Of a stretch of DNA of 64,000 bases, positions 11,674-20,590 are shown piece by piece. The stretch's first letter is position 1. The number at the start of each line of letters is the position of its first letter. A model generated the notes under the pieces. That model was given only the letters and a program-made list of their open reading frames with translations, had not been told where the DNA came from and searched no databases. The stretch is from Gemmatimonadales bacterium (GTDB lineage: Bacteria; Gemmatimonadota; Gemmatimonadetes; Gemmatimonadales; GWC2-71-9). The DNA lies in NCBI GenBank assembly GCA_041741375.1, contig JBGSKF010000116.1, forward strand, positions 6,784 through 70,783, written 5' to 3'. A program made the position numbers and the translations under genes.

Positions 11674-11721
11674 GGGGGGCCAGGTTGGGATGAGGAAGCG
11701 CGAGACGGGAAAGATACACTC

Positions 11722-11835
11722 GGTGTAGGGGGTAGGGAGTCGGGAGTAGGGTGTAGGGAAGAGGAGAGAGGAAAGAGGAGTGAGAAGTGAGATCGATCTC
11801 CTCTCTCTCCTCACTCCTCTCCGCTCACTCCTCCA
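11722..11835 (+). repeat. G-heptad array followed by a purine-tract / pyrimidine-tract imperfect inverted repeat
   Basis: 11722-11760 reads ggtgtaGGGGgtaGGGagtcGGGagtaGGGtgtaGGGaa. 11761-11835 reads gaggagagaggaaagaggagtgagaagtgagatc|gatctcctctctctcctcactcctctccgctcactcctcc, centred on gatcgatc. It lies in the divergent gap between the crotonase and mtnA genes. Confidence 0.8.
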
Positions 11836-11852
11836 GAGATTACCTTGCATGG

Positions 11853-12890
11853 ATGGAATTTCCCGAACCCGTGGCCTGGGCTGCGGACGACGCCATCCGG
11901 ATTCTGGACCAGACCGATCTTCCGGGCCGTGAAACGTATCGCACCCTCGAGACGGTGGCCGATGTGGTGGAGGCCATTCGCCAGCTTCGGGTCCGCGGGG
12001 CGCCGCTCATCGGCGTTGCGGCCGCGATGGGGATGGTCGTGGCTCTCCGGAGTGCCGGCCGGGGAAACGGCCACGCGCAGCTGATCGAGGCGGGGCACCA
12101 GCTCAAGGCCTCCCGCCCCACCGCGGTGAACCTGGCGTGGGCCGTGGACCGGATGCTGGAGGTCGCGGGGTGCGTGCCGTCCGGAGACGCGCTGCGGGAC
12201 GTGGTGCGGCGCGAGGCCGAGCAGATTCTGAAGGAGGAGCGGGAGAGTTGTGACCGGATCGGGGAGGCGGGCCTGTCGCTCATTCCGGAGGGGGCCACGG
12301 TCATGACGATCTGCAACGCGGGGGTGCTGGCCACGGGAGGGATCGGAACGGCCACGGCGCCGATCTATCGCGCCCATGCCGCGGGACGCCGACCCACCGT
12401 GCTGGTGCCGGAGACCCGCCCCCTGCTGCAGGGCGCCCGGCTCACGGCCTGGGAGCTGACCCGGGCCGGGGTGGCGGTGATCCTCCTGCCGGATGGCGCG
12501 ATCGCCTCGCGATTGAGACGGGGGGACGTCGTCGGCATCTTCACCGGGGCGGACCGGATCGCGCGGAACGGCGATGTGGCCAACAAGGTGGGGACGCTGG
12601 GGCTGGCGCTGGCGGCCCGGCATGCCGGCGTCCCCCTCTATGTGGCGGCTCCGGGCTCGACATTCGATCCGCTCTGTGCGGAGGGAACCGCGATTCCGAT
12701 CGAGATGCGGGGACCGGAGGAGGTGCGCGCCGTCGGGGGAGTGGCCACCTCGCCTTCCGGAGTTCCGGTCTGGAATCCCGCCTTCGATGTGACGCCCGCG
12801 GAGTTCGTCACCGGGTACCTCACGCCCTCCGGCCTGCTCCACCGGGATGACCTGGAGTGCTTCTTCGACGCGAGGAGAACCACGACATGA
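11853..12890 (+). CDS. mtnA: Methylthioribose-1-phosphate isomerase (eIF-2B alpha/beta/delta-like family)
   Basis: MEFPEPVAWAADDAIRILDQTDLPGRETYRTL...VRGAPLIGVAAAMG...RPTAVNL...ICNAG.LAT...GADRIA.NGDVANKVGT... This is the typical MtnA layout. Confidence 0.8.
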   Translation: MEFPEPVAWAADDAIRILDQTDLPGRETYRTLETVADVVEAIRQLRVRGAPLIGVAAAMGMVVALRSAGRGNGHAQLIEAGHQLKASRPTAVNLAWAVDRMLEVAGCVPSGDALRDVVRREAEQILKEERESCDRIGEAGLSLIPEGATVMTICNAGVLATGGIGTATAPIYRAHAAGRRPTVLVPETRPLLQGARLTAWELTRAGVAVILLPDGAIASRLRRGDVVGIFTGADRIARNGDVANKVGTLGLALAARHAGVPLYVAAPGSTFDPLCAEGTAIPIEMRGPEEVRAVGGVATSPSGVPVWNPAFDVTPAEFVTGYLTPSGLLHRDDLECFFDARRTTT

Positions 12891-14392
12891 GCTGCATCCT
12901 GGCACTCGACCAGGGAACCACCGGAAGCACCGCCCTGGTGCTGGACCAGGACGGGACGGTGCTGGGCCGGGGGTACCGGGAGGTGCCGCAGTCGTTCCCC
13001 GAGCCGGGGTGGGTCGAACACGATCCCGAGGCGTTGTTCACCACGGTGTGTGAGGCGGCCCGGGACGCCATGACAGCAGCCGGGGCTCGCCCCGCCGCCG
13101 TGGGGATCACGAATCAGCGGGAGACGGTCGTGTTGTGGGAAAGGGATACGCTCCGGCCGGTGGCCCCCGCCATCGTCTGGCAGGATCGCCGCACCGCGGA
13201 GCGCTGCCGGGCGCTGCGGAGCGACGGGAGCGCGGACGGGATCCGGCGCCGGACCGGTCTCATGGTCGATCCCTACTTCAGCGCCACCAAGATCGAGTGG
13301 CTGCTCCGGGGCCCGGGGCTCCTGCGCCGGGCGGCACGAGGGGAACTGGCCGTCGGGACGGTCGATGCCTGGCTCGTGGCGAGATTCACCAACGGCGCCG
13401 TGCACGTGACCGACCACACCAATGCCTCGCGCACGATGCTCTACCGGCTCGACCGGAAGGAGTGGGATCCGGAACTGCTCTCCCTCTTCGGCATTCCGCC
13501 GGAGATTCTCCCCCGGGTGGTCCCCTCCTCCGGCGTGATGGGAGAGGCGGCCTCGGAACACCTGGGGCAGGCGATGCCGATCGCGGGGCTGGTGGGAGAC
13601 CAACAAGGCGCCATGGTGGGGCAGGGGTGTGTCACGAAGGGATCGGCCAAGAACACGTACGGCACCGGGGCGTTTCTGCTGGTCCATGCCGGTGACGCCC
13701 TGCCGCGGCCCGGGGAGGGTCTCCTGGCCACCGTCGTGTGTGATTCGCAAGGCCGGCCTTCGTATGGTCTGGAGGGGAGCCTCTTCATCGCCGGGGCCGC
13801 GGTGCAGTGGCTGCGCGACGGGCTCGGGATCATCCAGACCGCGGCGGAAACCGATGCCCTGGCTCGGAGCGTACCGGATTCAGGAGGGGTGGCCTTCGTC
13901 CCCGCCTTCGTGGGGCTTGGCTCTCCTCACTGGGAACCGGAGGCCCGCGGCACCATCACCGGTCTCACGCGGGGAACCACCCGGGCTCATGTCGCCCGGG
14001 CGACACTCGAGTCGATGGCGTTTGGAAGCCGGGACCTGTTGCACGCGATGACAGGACGGGGGAAGCAGCTTCGGCCCACGGCGTTCCGGGTGGATGGAGG
14101 GGCGTCGGCCAACGACTGGCTGATGCAGTTCCAGGCCGACATCCTCGACCTTGTGGTGGAACGGCCGGCCAACATTGAGACCACGGCGCTGGGAGCGGGG
14201 GTGCTCGCGGGCCTGGCCCTCGGTTTCTGGCCGTCGGTCGAGGATTTTGCCCGGGATGTCCCCCTCGATCGGTTCGAGCCCCGGATGGACCCCGCGGAAC
14301 GGGAGCGCCGGTTGGCCGAGTGGCACCGAGCGGTCGAGACGGCACTGGCGTGGGCTCGAGGAGGTGAGAGGGGCATGACCGAGGCTTCGTGA
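12887..14392 (+). CDS. glpK: Glycerol kinase
   Basis: ATGA overlap with mtnA. Contains ILALDQGTTGSTALV, FPEPGWVEHDP, ITNQRETVVLWER, WQDRRTA, DPYFSATKIEWLL, YGTGAFLL, GAAVQWLRD and RVDGGASANDWLMQFQADI. Confidence 0.9.
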   Translation: MSCILALDQGTTGSTALVLDQDGTVLGRGYREVPQSFPEPGWVEHDPEALFTTVCEAARDAMTAAGARPAAVGITNQRETVVLWERDTLRPVAPAIVWQDRRTAERCRALRSDGSADGIRRRTGLMVDPYFSATKIEWLLRGPGLLRRAARGELAVGTVDAWLVARFTNGAVHVTDHTNASRTMLYRLDRKEWDPELLSLFGIPPEILPRVVPSSGVMGEAASEHLGQAMPIAGLVGDQQGAMVGQGCVTKGSAKNTYGTGAFLLVHAGDALPRPGEGLLATVVCDSQGRPSYGLEGSLFIAGAAVQWLRDGLGIIQTAAETDALARSVPDSGGVAFVPAFVGLGSPHWEPEARGTITGLTRGTTRAHVARATLESMAFGSRDLLHAMTGRGKQLRPTAFRVDGGASANDWLMQFQADILDLVVERPANIETTALGAGVLAGLALGFWPSVEDFARDVPLDRFEPRMDPAERERRLAEWHRAVETALAWARGGERGMTEAS

Positions 14393-14426
14393 CCGTGAAT
14401 GTTTCAACTGTAACCAGGGGCGTCCG

Positions 14427-14759
14427 ATGCGCGCATGCACCATTTCCGCCGCGATCCTGCTGGGCGTGACCGCGTGCTCGACCGGGCGGAACTCGGCCGC
14501 GCGGGCCGCTCCGGAGTGCGCAGGTCCGTGGACAGCCACCGTCACCAACAACAGCGTGCACGACGCCGATGTGTTTGTCCGCCGGGGAGAGTCCTACACC
14601 TTCATCGGGATGGTCACGGGCGGAAACTCGAGGGAGTTCCTGACCGACACGCGTTCGGTTTACGCCTCGCCGTCCAGCATGTCGGATCGCCCCGGCGGCA
14701 TGATTGGAATCAGCGGCAAGAATCTGCGTGTCGAGGTGACCTGCCCTGATACGACCTGA
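14427..14759 (+). CDS. Small hypothetical lipoprotein
   Basis: Lipobox LLGVTAC after a short signal. No recognisable domain. Codon usage is consistent with the neighbours. Confidence 0.45.
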   Translation: MRACTISAAILLGVTACSTGRNSAARAAPECAGPWTATVTNNSVHDADVFVRRGESYTFIGMVTGGNSREFLTDTRSVYASPSSMSDRPGGMIGISGKNLRVEVTCPDTT

Positions 14760-14850
14760 CGGACGCTTCGTGACCGGGTAAGTTTCCGGCTCATCCTCTG
14801 TCTCCGTCGTCTCCTTCGCCGAGGAGTGCCGGGGCCACCAGCGAGTGCCG

Positions 14851-15645
14851 ATGAACGAGATTCCGGGTGCCCGGGGCCAGGAGTGCCCCCAGTGCCACGC
14901 CACGGGGCAGGGCCGCTTCTGTACCTCATGTGGGACAGCTCTCGCGGGGGGGGCGGTGTCCTGTCGAGCGTGTGGGGCGACCATGCCGCCGGGCATGCGT
15001 TTCTGCGGCGTCTGTGGAGTCCCCGCCCAGGGCGGTCCGGGCGCCGCTCCGGCCCTCCCGGCCTCCTCCCGGGGATGGTCTCTCGCCGGTGCCGCGTTGG
15101 TGGTGGTGGCCGTGGCCTTTGTTCTGGTGCTGCGGTCACAGGGAGCCCCGCCACCTCCAGCCGCAGCCCCCGGCGCGACCCCCGCGGCGGCTCCCCCCCC
15201 CCTTCCCGACTTGAGCACGATGACACCCCGGGAGCGCTTCGACCGGCTGTATGAGCGGGTCATGACGGCGTCGCAGACCGGGGACCAGGCCACGGTGACC
15301 ACCTTCACTCCGATGGCGCTCGGGGCCTACGCCCAGTTGGATACCATCGACGCCGACGCCCGGTATCACGTTTCCATGCTGCAGCTCCACCAGGGAGGGG
15401 TGGAGGTGGCCCGGGCCCAGGCCGACACCATCCTCCGGACGGACCCGGGGCACCTCCTGGGCTACGTCGTGGCCGCGGCGGTGGCTCGGTGGACACAGAA
15501 CGACGCGGAACTCGCGCGGATCTACCGGGACTTCCTGTCCCGGTACGACGCGGAGATCGCCGCGGGGCGATCGGGATACGTGGAACATGCGGCCATGCTG
15601 GCGGAGGTGAAACGGACCGCCGAGGAGAACCGCGGCGGTCCGTGA
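14851..15645 (+). CDS. Zinc-ribbon / single-TM / helical-domain protein (paralog of 22390-23181)
   Basis: N-terminal double zinc ribbons (CPQCH..FCTSCG, CRACG..FCGVCG), a TM helix (WSLAGAALVVVAVAFVLVL), then a helical domain (DLSTMTPRERFDRLYERVM...). ATG at 14851 is chosen; a GTG at 14845 is also possible. Confidence 0.7.
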   Translation: MNEIPGARGQECPQCHATGQGRFCTSCGTALAGGAVSCRACGATMPPGMRFCGVCGVPAQGGPGAAPALPASSRGWSLAGAALVVVAVAFVLVLRSQGAPPPPAAAPGATPAAAPPPLPDLSTMTPRERFDRLYERVMTASQTGDQATVTTFTPMALGAYAQLDTIDADARYHVSMLQLHQGGVEVARAQADTILRTDPGHLLGYVVAAAVARWTQNDAELARIYRDFLSRYDAEIAAGRSGYVEHAAMLAEVKRTAEENRGGP

Positions 15646-15684
15646 GGGACGGCGAGGTGTGCGGCGCAGAGTGGCCGCCCTGGT

Positions 15685-17145
15685 TCACCGTCGCGGAATG
15701 TTGGTCCCGTGGCACGCCACGCACATCTCCGGGTTCTTGCGCCGCAGCCGTTCGGGGTCGAAGCCGGGGCCGTGGGGATTGAACCGGCGCCCTCCCACGG
15801 CGGAATGGCAGGTCAGGCAGTCCCGCTCCACATGGCAGCCCACACAGGTCTCCAGCGATTGCCGGGCCGCTTGTCCATGGCCGGCGATGAAGAACCTCTT
15901 CCCGTCATGATAACTGGCCGTCCCGAGTGCTCCGGTGGCCGTCAGGCCCGCCTGGCGGTGGCACGAGGCGCAGAACTGCCCGGTGTTGTGGCAATCGGCG
16001 CAGGTGGATTCCCGCTGATAGGCCTGGATCGGATGCCGCGTCAGATAATCCGACGGGTGGAAGCCGGCCTGCCGGGTGGCGTCGGGACGGTGGCAGGAGA
16101 GACAATCGTTGCGCACATGGCAGGTGAGGCAGGTGGTGGGTGACGCCGTGGCGAGAGGCCCGTGGCCCTCCACCCAGCGGTCGGTGTGCGTCACGGGGGC
16201 GACCCGCCTGGTGGGGGCTCCCTCCGCCCGGCCTGGGCCGGCGCGATGCTGGGACTGAACCGCCGCGACGGCCGGGGGCACATGGCAGGTCAGGCAACTC
16301 TCCTGGGTGTGACAGGTGGCACAGGAGGTAGGAGTCCGTTCCGCATCCCGTCCATGGCGTTCCACCCAGGAGCTCCGGCTGTGGGAGGCCGGGGCCGCCA
16401 GGGTGGCCTCGATGGCCAGCGACCGGGGGTCGGGGGCCAGGGCCTGGATGGTTCTCTGTTCCGGCGCGTCCACATGACAGTTGAGACAGAAGTTCTGCGC
16501 GTGACAGGTGGCGCAGCTGGCGCTCACTCCTCCCTCTGCGCCCGCCCGCGAGGCCAGATCGCCATGACTTCCGGGACCGCGCAGAAGAAACGAGGGCTCC
16601 GCGTGACTGGGGGGGGGGGCGAAGCCGGCGATGCGCGCGGTGGTCAGGGTGGGGGCGTGGGCCAGGGGAAGGTGACAGTTTGCGCAGGCGCTGTCCGGGG
16701 CCGCCAGGTGTTTTCCCGTGATGGTGTGGCAATCGAGGCACTGGGCCGAGATCGTGCGCTGCACGGTCATCGGGACCGAGTCGGTGGGGGTGTGACAGTT
16801 GGTACAGGAGGTCACCGCCACCCGGTTGGCGGGGGGGGCCGCTTGAGCATCGCGGTGAACCGCATGCTCGAACCGGAGGTTGGTTGGAGGAGGTGCCTCG
16901 CGTGGCCTCCAGTCGACCGAATCCCGCACTGTCCCGTCATGGCACGACGCGCACGCCTGGGCCGAGGGCCAGATGGATTGTCCGGTTTCCGCAGCGCCCA
17001 GGTGACACGTGGTGCAGGTGGGGAACAGGCCGGCGTGCTTGCGGTGGTCGAAAGTGTCCCGGAGTCGCACGTTCCATCCCCACGCGGTGCCGACTGCGAG
17101 GACGAGCAGGGGCAGGAGCACCCGGACGATCGATCGGCGGCTCAT
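15685..17145 (-). CDS. Secreted 16-haem c-type cytochrome
   Basis: ATG at 17145 overlaps the upstream stop (ATGA). Sec signal MSRRSIVRVLLPLLVLAVGTAWG. 16 CxxCH motifs, mostly arranged as CxxCH-x4/5-CxxCH pairs (for example CATCHAQNFCLNCH and CVGCHVERDCLTCH). Confidence 0.85.
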   Translation of the reverse strand: MSRRSIVRVLLPLLVLAVGTAWGWNVRLRDTFDHRKHAGLFPTCTTCHLGAAETGQSIWPSAQACASCHDGTVRDSVDWRPREAPPPTNLRFEHAVHRDAQAAPPANRVAVTSCTNCHTPTDSVPMTVQRTISAQCLDCHTITGKHLAAPDSACANCHLPLAHAPTLTTARIAGFAPPPSHAEPSFLLRGPGSHGDLASRAGAEGGVSASCATCHAQNFCLNCHVDAPEQRTIQALAPDPRSLAIEATLAAPASHSRSSWVERHGRDAERTPTSCATCHTQESCLTCHVPPAVAAVQSQHRAGPGRAEGAPTRRVAPVTHTDRWVEGHGPLATASPTTCLTCHVRNDCLSCHRPDATRQAGFHPSDYLTRHPIQAYQRESTCADCHNTGQFCASCHRQAGLTATGALGTASYHDGKRFFIAGHGQAARQSLETCVGCHVERDCLTCHSAVGGRRFNPHGPGFDPERLRRKNPEMCVACHGTNIPRR

Positions 17146-18635
17146 CGGCGGCCACCCCGTCCGATGCGGGGGGGCAACCAGGCCCGGTCGGTCTCGGACC
17201 CGAGCTGCACGCTGATGCGGGCATTGAGCCGAACCTGGTTCCAGTCGAATGCGGCGGCGTCGGGCCGGTCGCGCGACTCGTTGTAGCGCGCCACCTGCAC
17301 GGTGAACCGCCACCGGTCGGCGAGGCGGGCCTCGGCATCGGCCCCGACCCAGTAGACGGTGGCCTCGTCGAAGCGGAACTCCAGGGGACGCTCCAGGCGA
17401 CCCCCCTCGACGGAGAGGTGCATGCCGGATCCGAACCGGCGCGTGGCCCGCGCATCGAATCCCCGGGAGGAGGCGCCGGGGCCGAGTTCGGCGTGGATCC
17501 CTCCGGCCAGGTCCCAATCGGCCGTGGGGGACCAGGTGGCCCGTGCGTTCCAGCGCCAGCCGTCGTCCTGGACATCGGTCAGGCCGGTTTCCGCGTCGGC
17601 GTTCTCGAAGGCGTAGCGCTCGCCCCGGCCGGACAGGGTCACGCCGGGGAGGGGACTCACGGTGAAGTTCGCCGAGTACGCGTGATAGGGAACCGGGCTG
17701 AAGGCGCCCCAGATGGTCCAGAGGTCGAAGAAGGGCCGATAGCGCCGGACCATCGCGGTGACCGTAGCCCAGTCGTGGATCCAGGTGGCGGAGGCCTCCG
17801 CGGAGCCGCTCTGGCCCATGGCGAGGTCATACTCCCCGCCGGCCGTCAGGATCAGGCGGCTGAACGGGCGTGCCGAGGTGCTGAGGGCCACGCGCTCGGA
17901 GACGAAGAAGTCCGTGGCGGGGTCCACCTCCCGGCGGTACTCGCCGCGGACATCCACGAACCCCGGGCGCCAGCCCACTTCGGCACCGGCCACGATCTGT
18001 CGGTCGCGGGGCTGGAAATCGTCGAGCGGATTGAGGGCGTCGCTGGTGACGGGTAGGGCGGTGGCGCGGGCGAGGCCCCAGCCGCCGTAGATCGCCGCGT
18101 CGAGCCCCGTGCCCGGTATCCGGACCACGGCCCATCCCCCGTCGAATCCATAGGATCCGAGCCGGCCGTCGATCACCTGGCGGCCTCCGCGGACGGTGAG
18201 GGGACCCCGGACATATTCGGCGAGCCCCTCGATGAGCTGCAGCTCGGGAGTGACGGCGGGCCAGACGTCGTTGGACGCGAGGTCGGTGGCATGCCGGACA
18301 CTGGCTCGAACCGTGAGGCCGGGAATCCCGAGGCCCCACCCCAGGAGGTCGACTCGGGTGACGAGGGGACCTCCGCGTTGAATGGGTCCTGGCCGGAAGA
18401 ACCGGCAGATCTCGCTGAGGCAGGTCACGGCAATGCCATCGGGTGTCACGAGACCCCCGGTCGGGCCGGCCAGCGCCTGCGAGGGGAGAATGCTGTCGGG
18501 TGTCACCCCGCGGAACGCGGCGGACTGGACCCGGGTCTCGATCCGGATCCGGTATCCCTGGGCGGTCGCGGCGTCCGGGAGCAGGAGGAGCGCGCCGCAG
18601 GCGAGCCCGAGGGTGGCCCATCGCACCGGTCTCAT
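17142..18635 (-). CDS. Putative outer-membrane beta-barrel (porin-like) protein of the cytochrome operon
   Basis: ATG at 18635 overlaps the upstream stop. Signal MRPVRWATLGLACGALLLLPDAATA/QG. About 470 aa of alternating amphipathic strands follow (YRIRIETRVQSAAF, LTVRASVRHA, AGAEVGWRPGFVDVRGEYRREV, WRWNARATWSPTADWDLAGGIHAEL, WRFTVQVARYNES). No CxxCH motif. The barrel is inferred, not computed. Confidence 0.65.
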   Translation of the reverse strand: MRPVRWATLGLACGALLLLPDAATAQGYRIRIETRVQSAAFRGVTPDSILPSQALAGPTGGLVTPDGIAVTCLSEICRFFRPGPIQRGGPLVTRVDLLGWGLGIPGLTVRASVRHATDLASNDVWPAVTPELQLIEGLAEYVRGPLTVRGGRQVIDGRLGSYGFDGGWAVVRIPGTGLDAAIYGGWGLARATALPVTSDALNPLDDFQPRDRQIVAGAEVGWRPGFVDVRGEYRREVDPATDFFVSERVALSTSARPFSRLILTAGGEYDLAMGQSGSAEASATWIHDWATVTAMVRRYRPFFDLWTIWGAFSPVPYHAYSANFTVSPLPGVTLSGRGERYAFENADAETGLTDVQDDGWRWNARATWSPTADWDLAGGIHAELGPGASSRGFDARATRRFGSGMHLSVEGGRLERPLEFRFDEATVYWVGADAEARLADRWRFTVQVARYNESRDRPDAAAFDWNQVRLNARISVQLGSETDRAWLPPRIGRGGRR

Positions 18636-20578
18636 CCCGTCTTTCTCCGCAAATGGCTCCGGTAGGACTCGGGCGAGGTCAGGAAGTGGCAGGTGGCACA
18701 CTCCTTCGCCGGGTAGTGCTCCCGGGCCTTGTCCTGGTGACAGGTGGCGCAGAGCGGTCGCGTGGGAACGAGACGGGCCACCGTCGCCGGGGTGTGGCAG
18801 GCGTCGCACTCCACGTGCGACGTCTCGGGAGGGCGGTGGGCATCGGTCAGGACGGCGATCGGGACCGCGTGACAGATCGCACAGTTGGGCCCGTCGGCGT
18901 GGTGGTCCTCGTGACAGGCCGCGCACTGGAGCACCTCGTCTCGGGGGGCCAGGGACACCGGTGTGGTGTGGCAGACGGTGCACTCCTTGGCGGTGTGGAC
19001 CTCGTGACGGAACACCGCCTCCCGGGGTCGAGGGGCGTGGTCACGCGTGGTGACCGAGACGGTCCTGGGAAGGGCCTGGGGTACCGTGCCGTCGGCGTGG
19101 CAGGCCGAGCAGTCGCGCGTCGCGGGTTGCTGGTGATGGCAGATCTGACAGCCGCGGGGGCGTTCAAACGTGAGACCTCCATGCCGTTCGGAGGCAACAT
19201 GACAGGTCAGGCAGGCAAGGGATGTGTGACGGGGATGGGGAAAGGTGTCCTGGGGGGTCGCCGGGTCCACCCGAGGCCAGGGTACCGGGGGAGGGCGCCC
19301 CTCGTCGTCGCTCGCATCTCCCTTGCCCGCGGGCGAGGATACCGGGGACTCGGGCCGGGAAGGAGGAGGGACGGCCCTGAGGGCCGCGGTGGTATCGAAG
19401 GGCAACGGGGGCCGGCGGGCCGTACGAACTCGAATCGACTCGTGGCACCCGGTACAGTCGCTGGCATCCACCTTGGCCCGATGCGGGATGTGACAGGTCG
19501 TGCACTCCTGCCGGACCGATCGGTGATCCCGGCCGGTATGGAACGGCTCGGTCTCGGTGTTGTCGTGGCACCCGGCGCTGGTGCAGGTGGCCTTGGCATC
19601 GGAGGGTTGCTCCTGGGTGTGCGGATTGTGGCACATTCCGCAGGTGCCCTGATGCGGGTCCAACTCCGGGACGAAATCGGCCAGGACCTCCCTCATCTCA
19701 TGGCAGCCGAGGCACTGAGTGTTGTTGGGTCGCAGGGTTCCGGCGGCGCTGTCCCGGGTGGCCAGGGCGGGAACGTCGAGGGTGAACTCGTGGCAGGTGG
19801 CGCAGTGGAGCGACGTCTGGTCGGCCATGCCTCCAAGCTTGATCTCGGTGTTCTCGTGGCAGCCCGATTGCCCGCAGGTCTTGTCGACCGGCACGAACTT
19901 GTGCACCTCCAGCCCGTGGCAGGTCACGCACATGACGTCCTTGAGGTCGGTGGAGTCGGACTCGAGGTGGGTCCGGTGGCCGGCCGTGCTGGCGATCCGC
20001 TGCCACTTCTCCGGATCACCCGTGACATGGCACCCGGCGCAGATGGCTGTGGGGACGGGACTGTGGGCTTGGATTTCCACCGGGCGCTCCGCCACCCAGA
20101 GGTAGAGCTCCCTCATGCTGGCAAAGATCGACTGCTGGTGACAATCATGGCAGGAGAGGGAGTCGTGCTTGCCCGCCCCCTCCTGGAAGCGACTGAAGGG
20201 GGACTCCATGATGTGGCACCCGGTACAGAACGAATTGTCGTGCTGCATGTAGTTCCAGCTCACCCGCCCGAAGCCGGCTCCCACGAGAACGACGAGGAGG
20301 GCCCCTCCGGCCAACGAGGCCTGCACCCCACGAGGCCTGGTGATCAGCCACGTCTGGATCTCCACGCGGCGGCGCCACAGCAGCACCAGGGCGACGACGC
20401 CCAGGAGTGCCCCCGCGACGGCGCCGGCAATCTGGGCCCACTGGGGAAAGTTGAAAAGGAACCGGACGACCTCGGCTATTCCCCCCGGCAGGGGGGAGGG
20501 CGGCACGAGGACCGTGTCAGCTGTGGCAGCGGCCCCGAGTTGGGTCGGGGCCGCGGCCTGGAAGGGAAGGGGAAGCAC
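18632..20578 (-). CDS. Membrane-anchored multihaem cytochrome with a NapC/NirT/NrfH-like N-terminal head (about 20 haem motifs)
   Basis: GTG start 12 nt after the upstream stop. Two TM helices, then NSFCTGCHIMESPF...LSCHDCH. 18 CxxCH motifs plus two CxxxxCH (CGQSGCH, CTSAGCH). Confidence 0.8.
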   Translation of the reverse strand: MLPLPFQAAAPTQLGAAATADTVLVPPSPLPGGIAEVVRFLFNFPQWAQIAGAVAGALLGVVALVLLWRRRVEIQTWLITRPRGVQASLAGGALLVVLVGAGFGRVSWNYMQHDNSFCTGCHIMESPFSRFQEGAGKHDSLSCHDCHQQSIFASMRELYLWVAERPVEIQAHSPVPTAICAGCHVTGDPEKWQRIASTAGHRTHLESDSTDLKDVMCVTCHGLEVHKFVPVDKTCGQSGCHENTEIKLGGMADQTSLHCATCHEFTLDVPALATRDSAAGTLRPNNTQCLGCHEMREVLADFVPELDPHQGTCGMCHNPHTQEQPSDAKATCTSAGCHDNTETEPFHTGRDHRSVRQECTTCHIPHRAKVDASDCTGCHESIRVRTARRPPLPFDTTAALRAVPPPSRPESPVSSPAGKGDASDDEGRPPPVPWPRVDPATPQDTFPHPRHTSLACLTCHVASERHGGLTFERPRGCQICHHQQPATRDCSACHADGTVPQALPRTVSVTTRDHAPRPREAVFRHEVHTAKECTVCHTTPVSLAPRDEVLQCAACHEDHHADGPNCAICHAVPIAVLTDAHRPPETSHVECDACHTPATVARLVPTRPLCATCHQDKAREHYPAKECATCHFLTSPESYRSHLRRKTG

Positions 20579-20590
20579 CGTGGTCCGAAC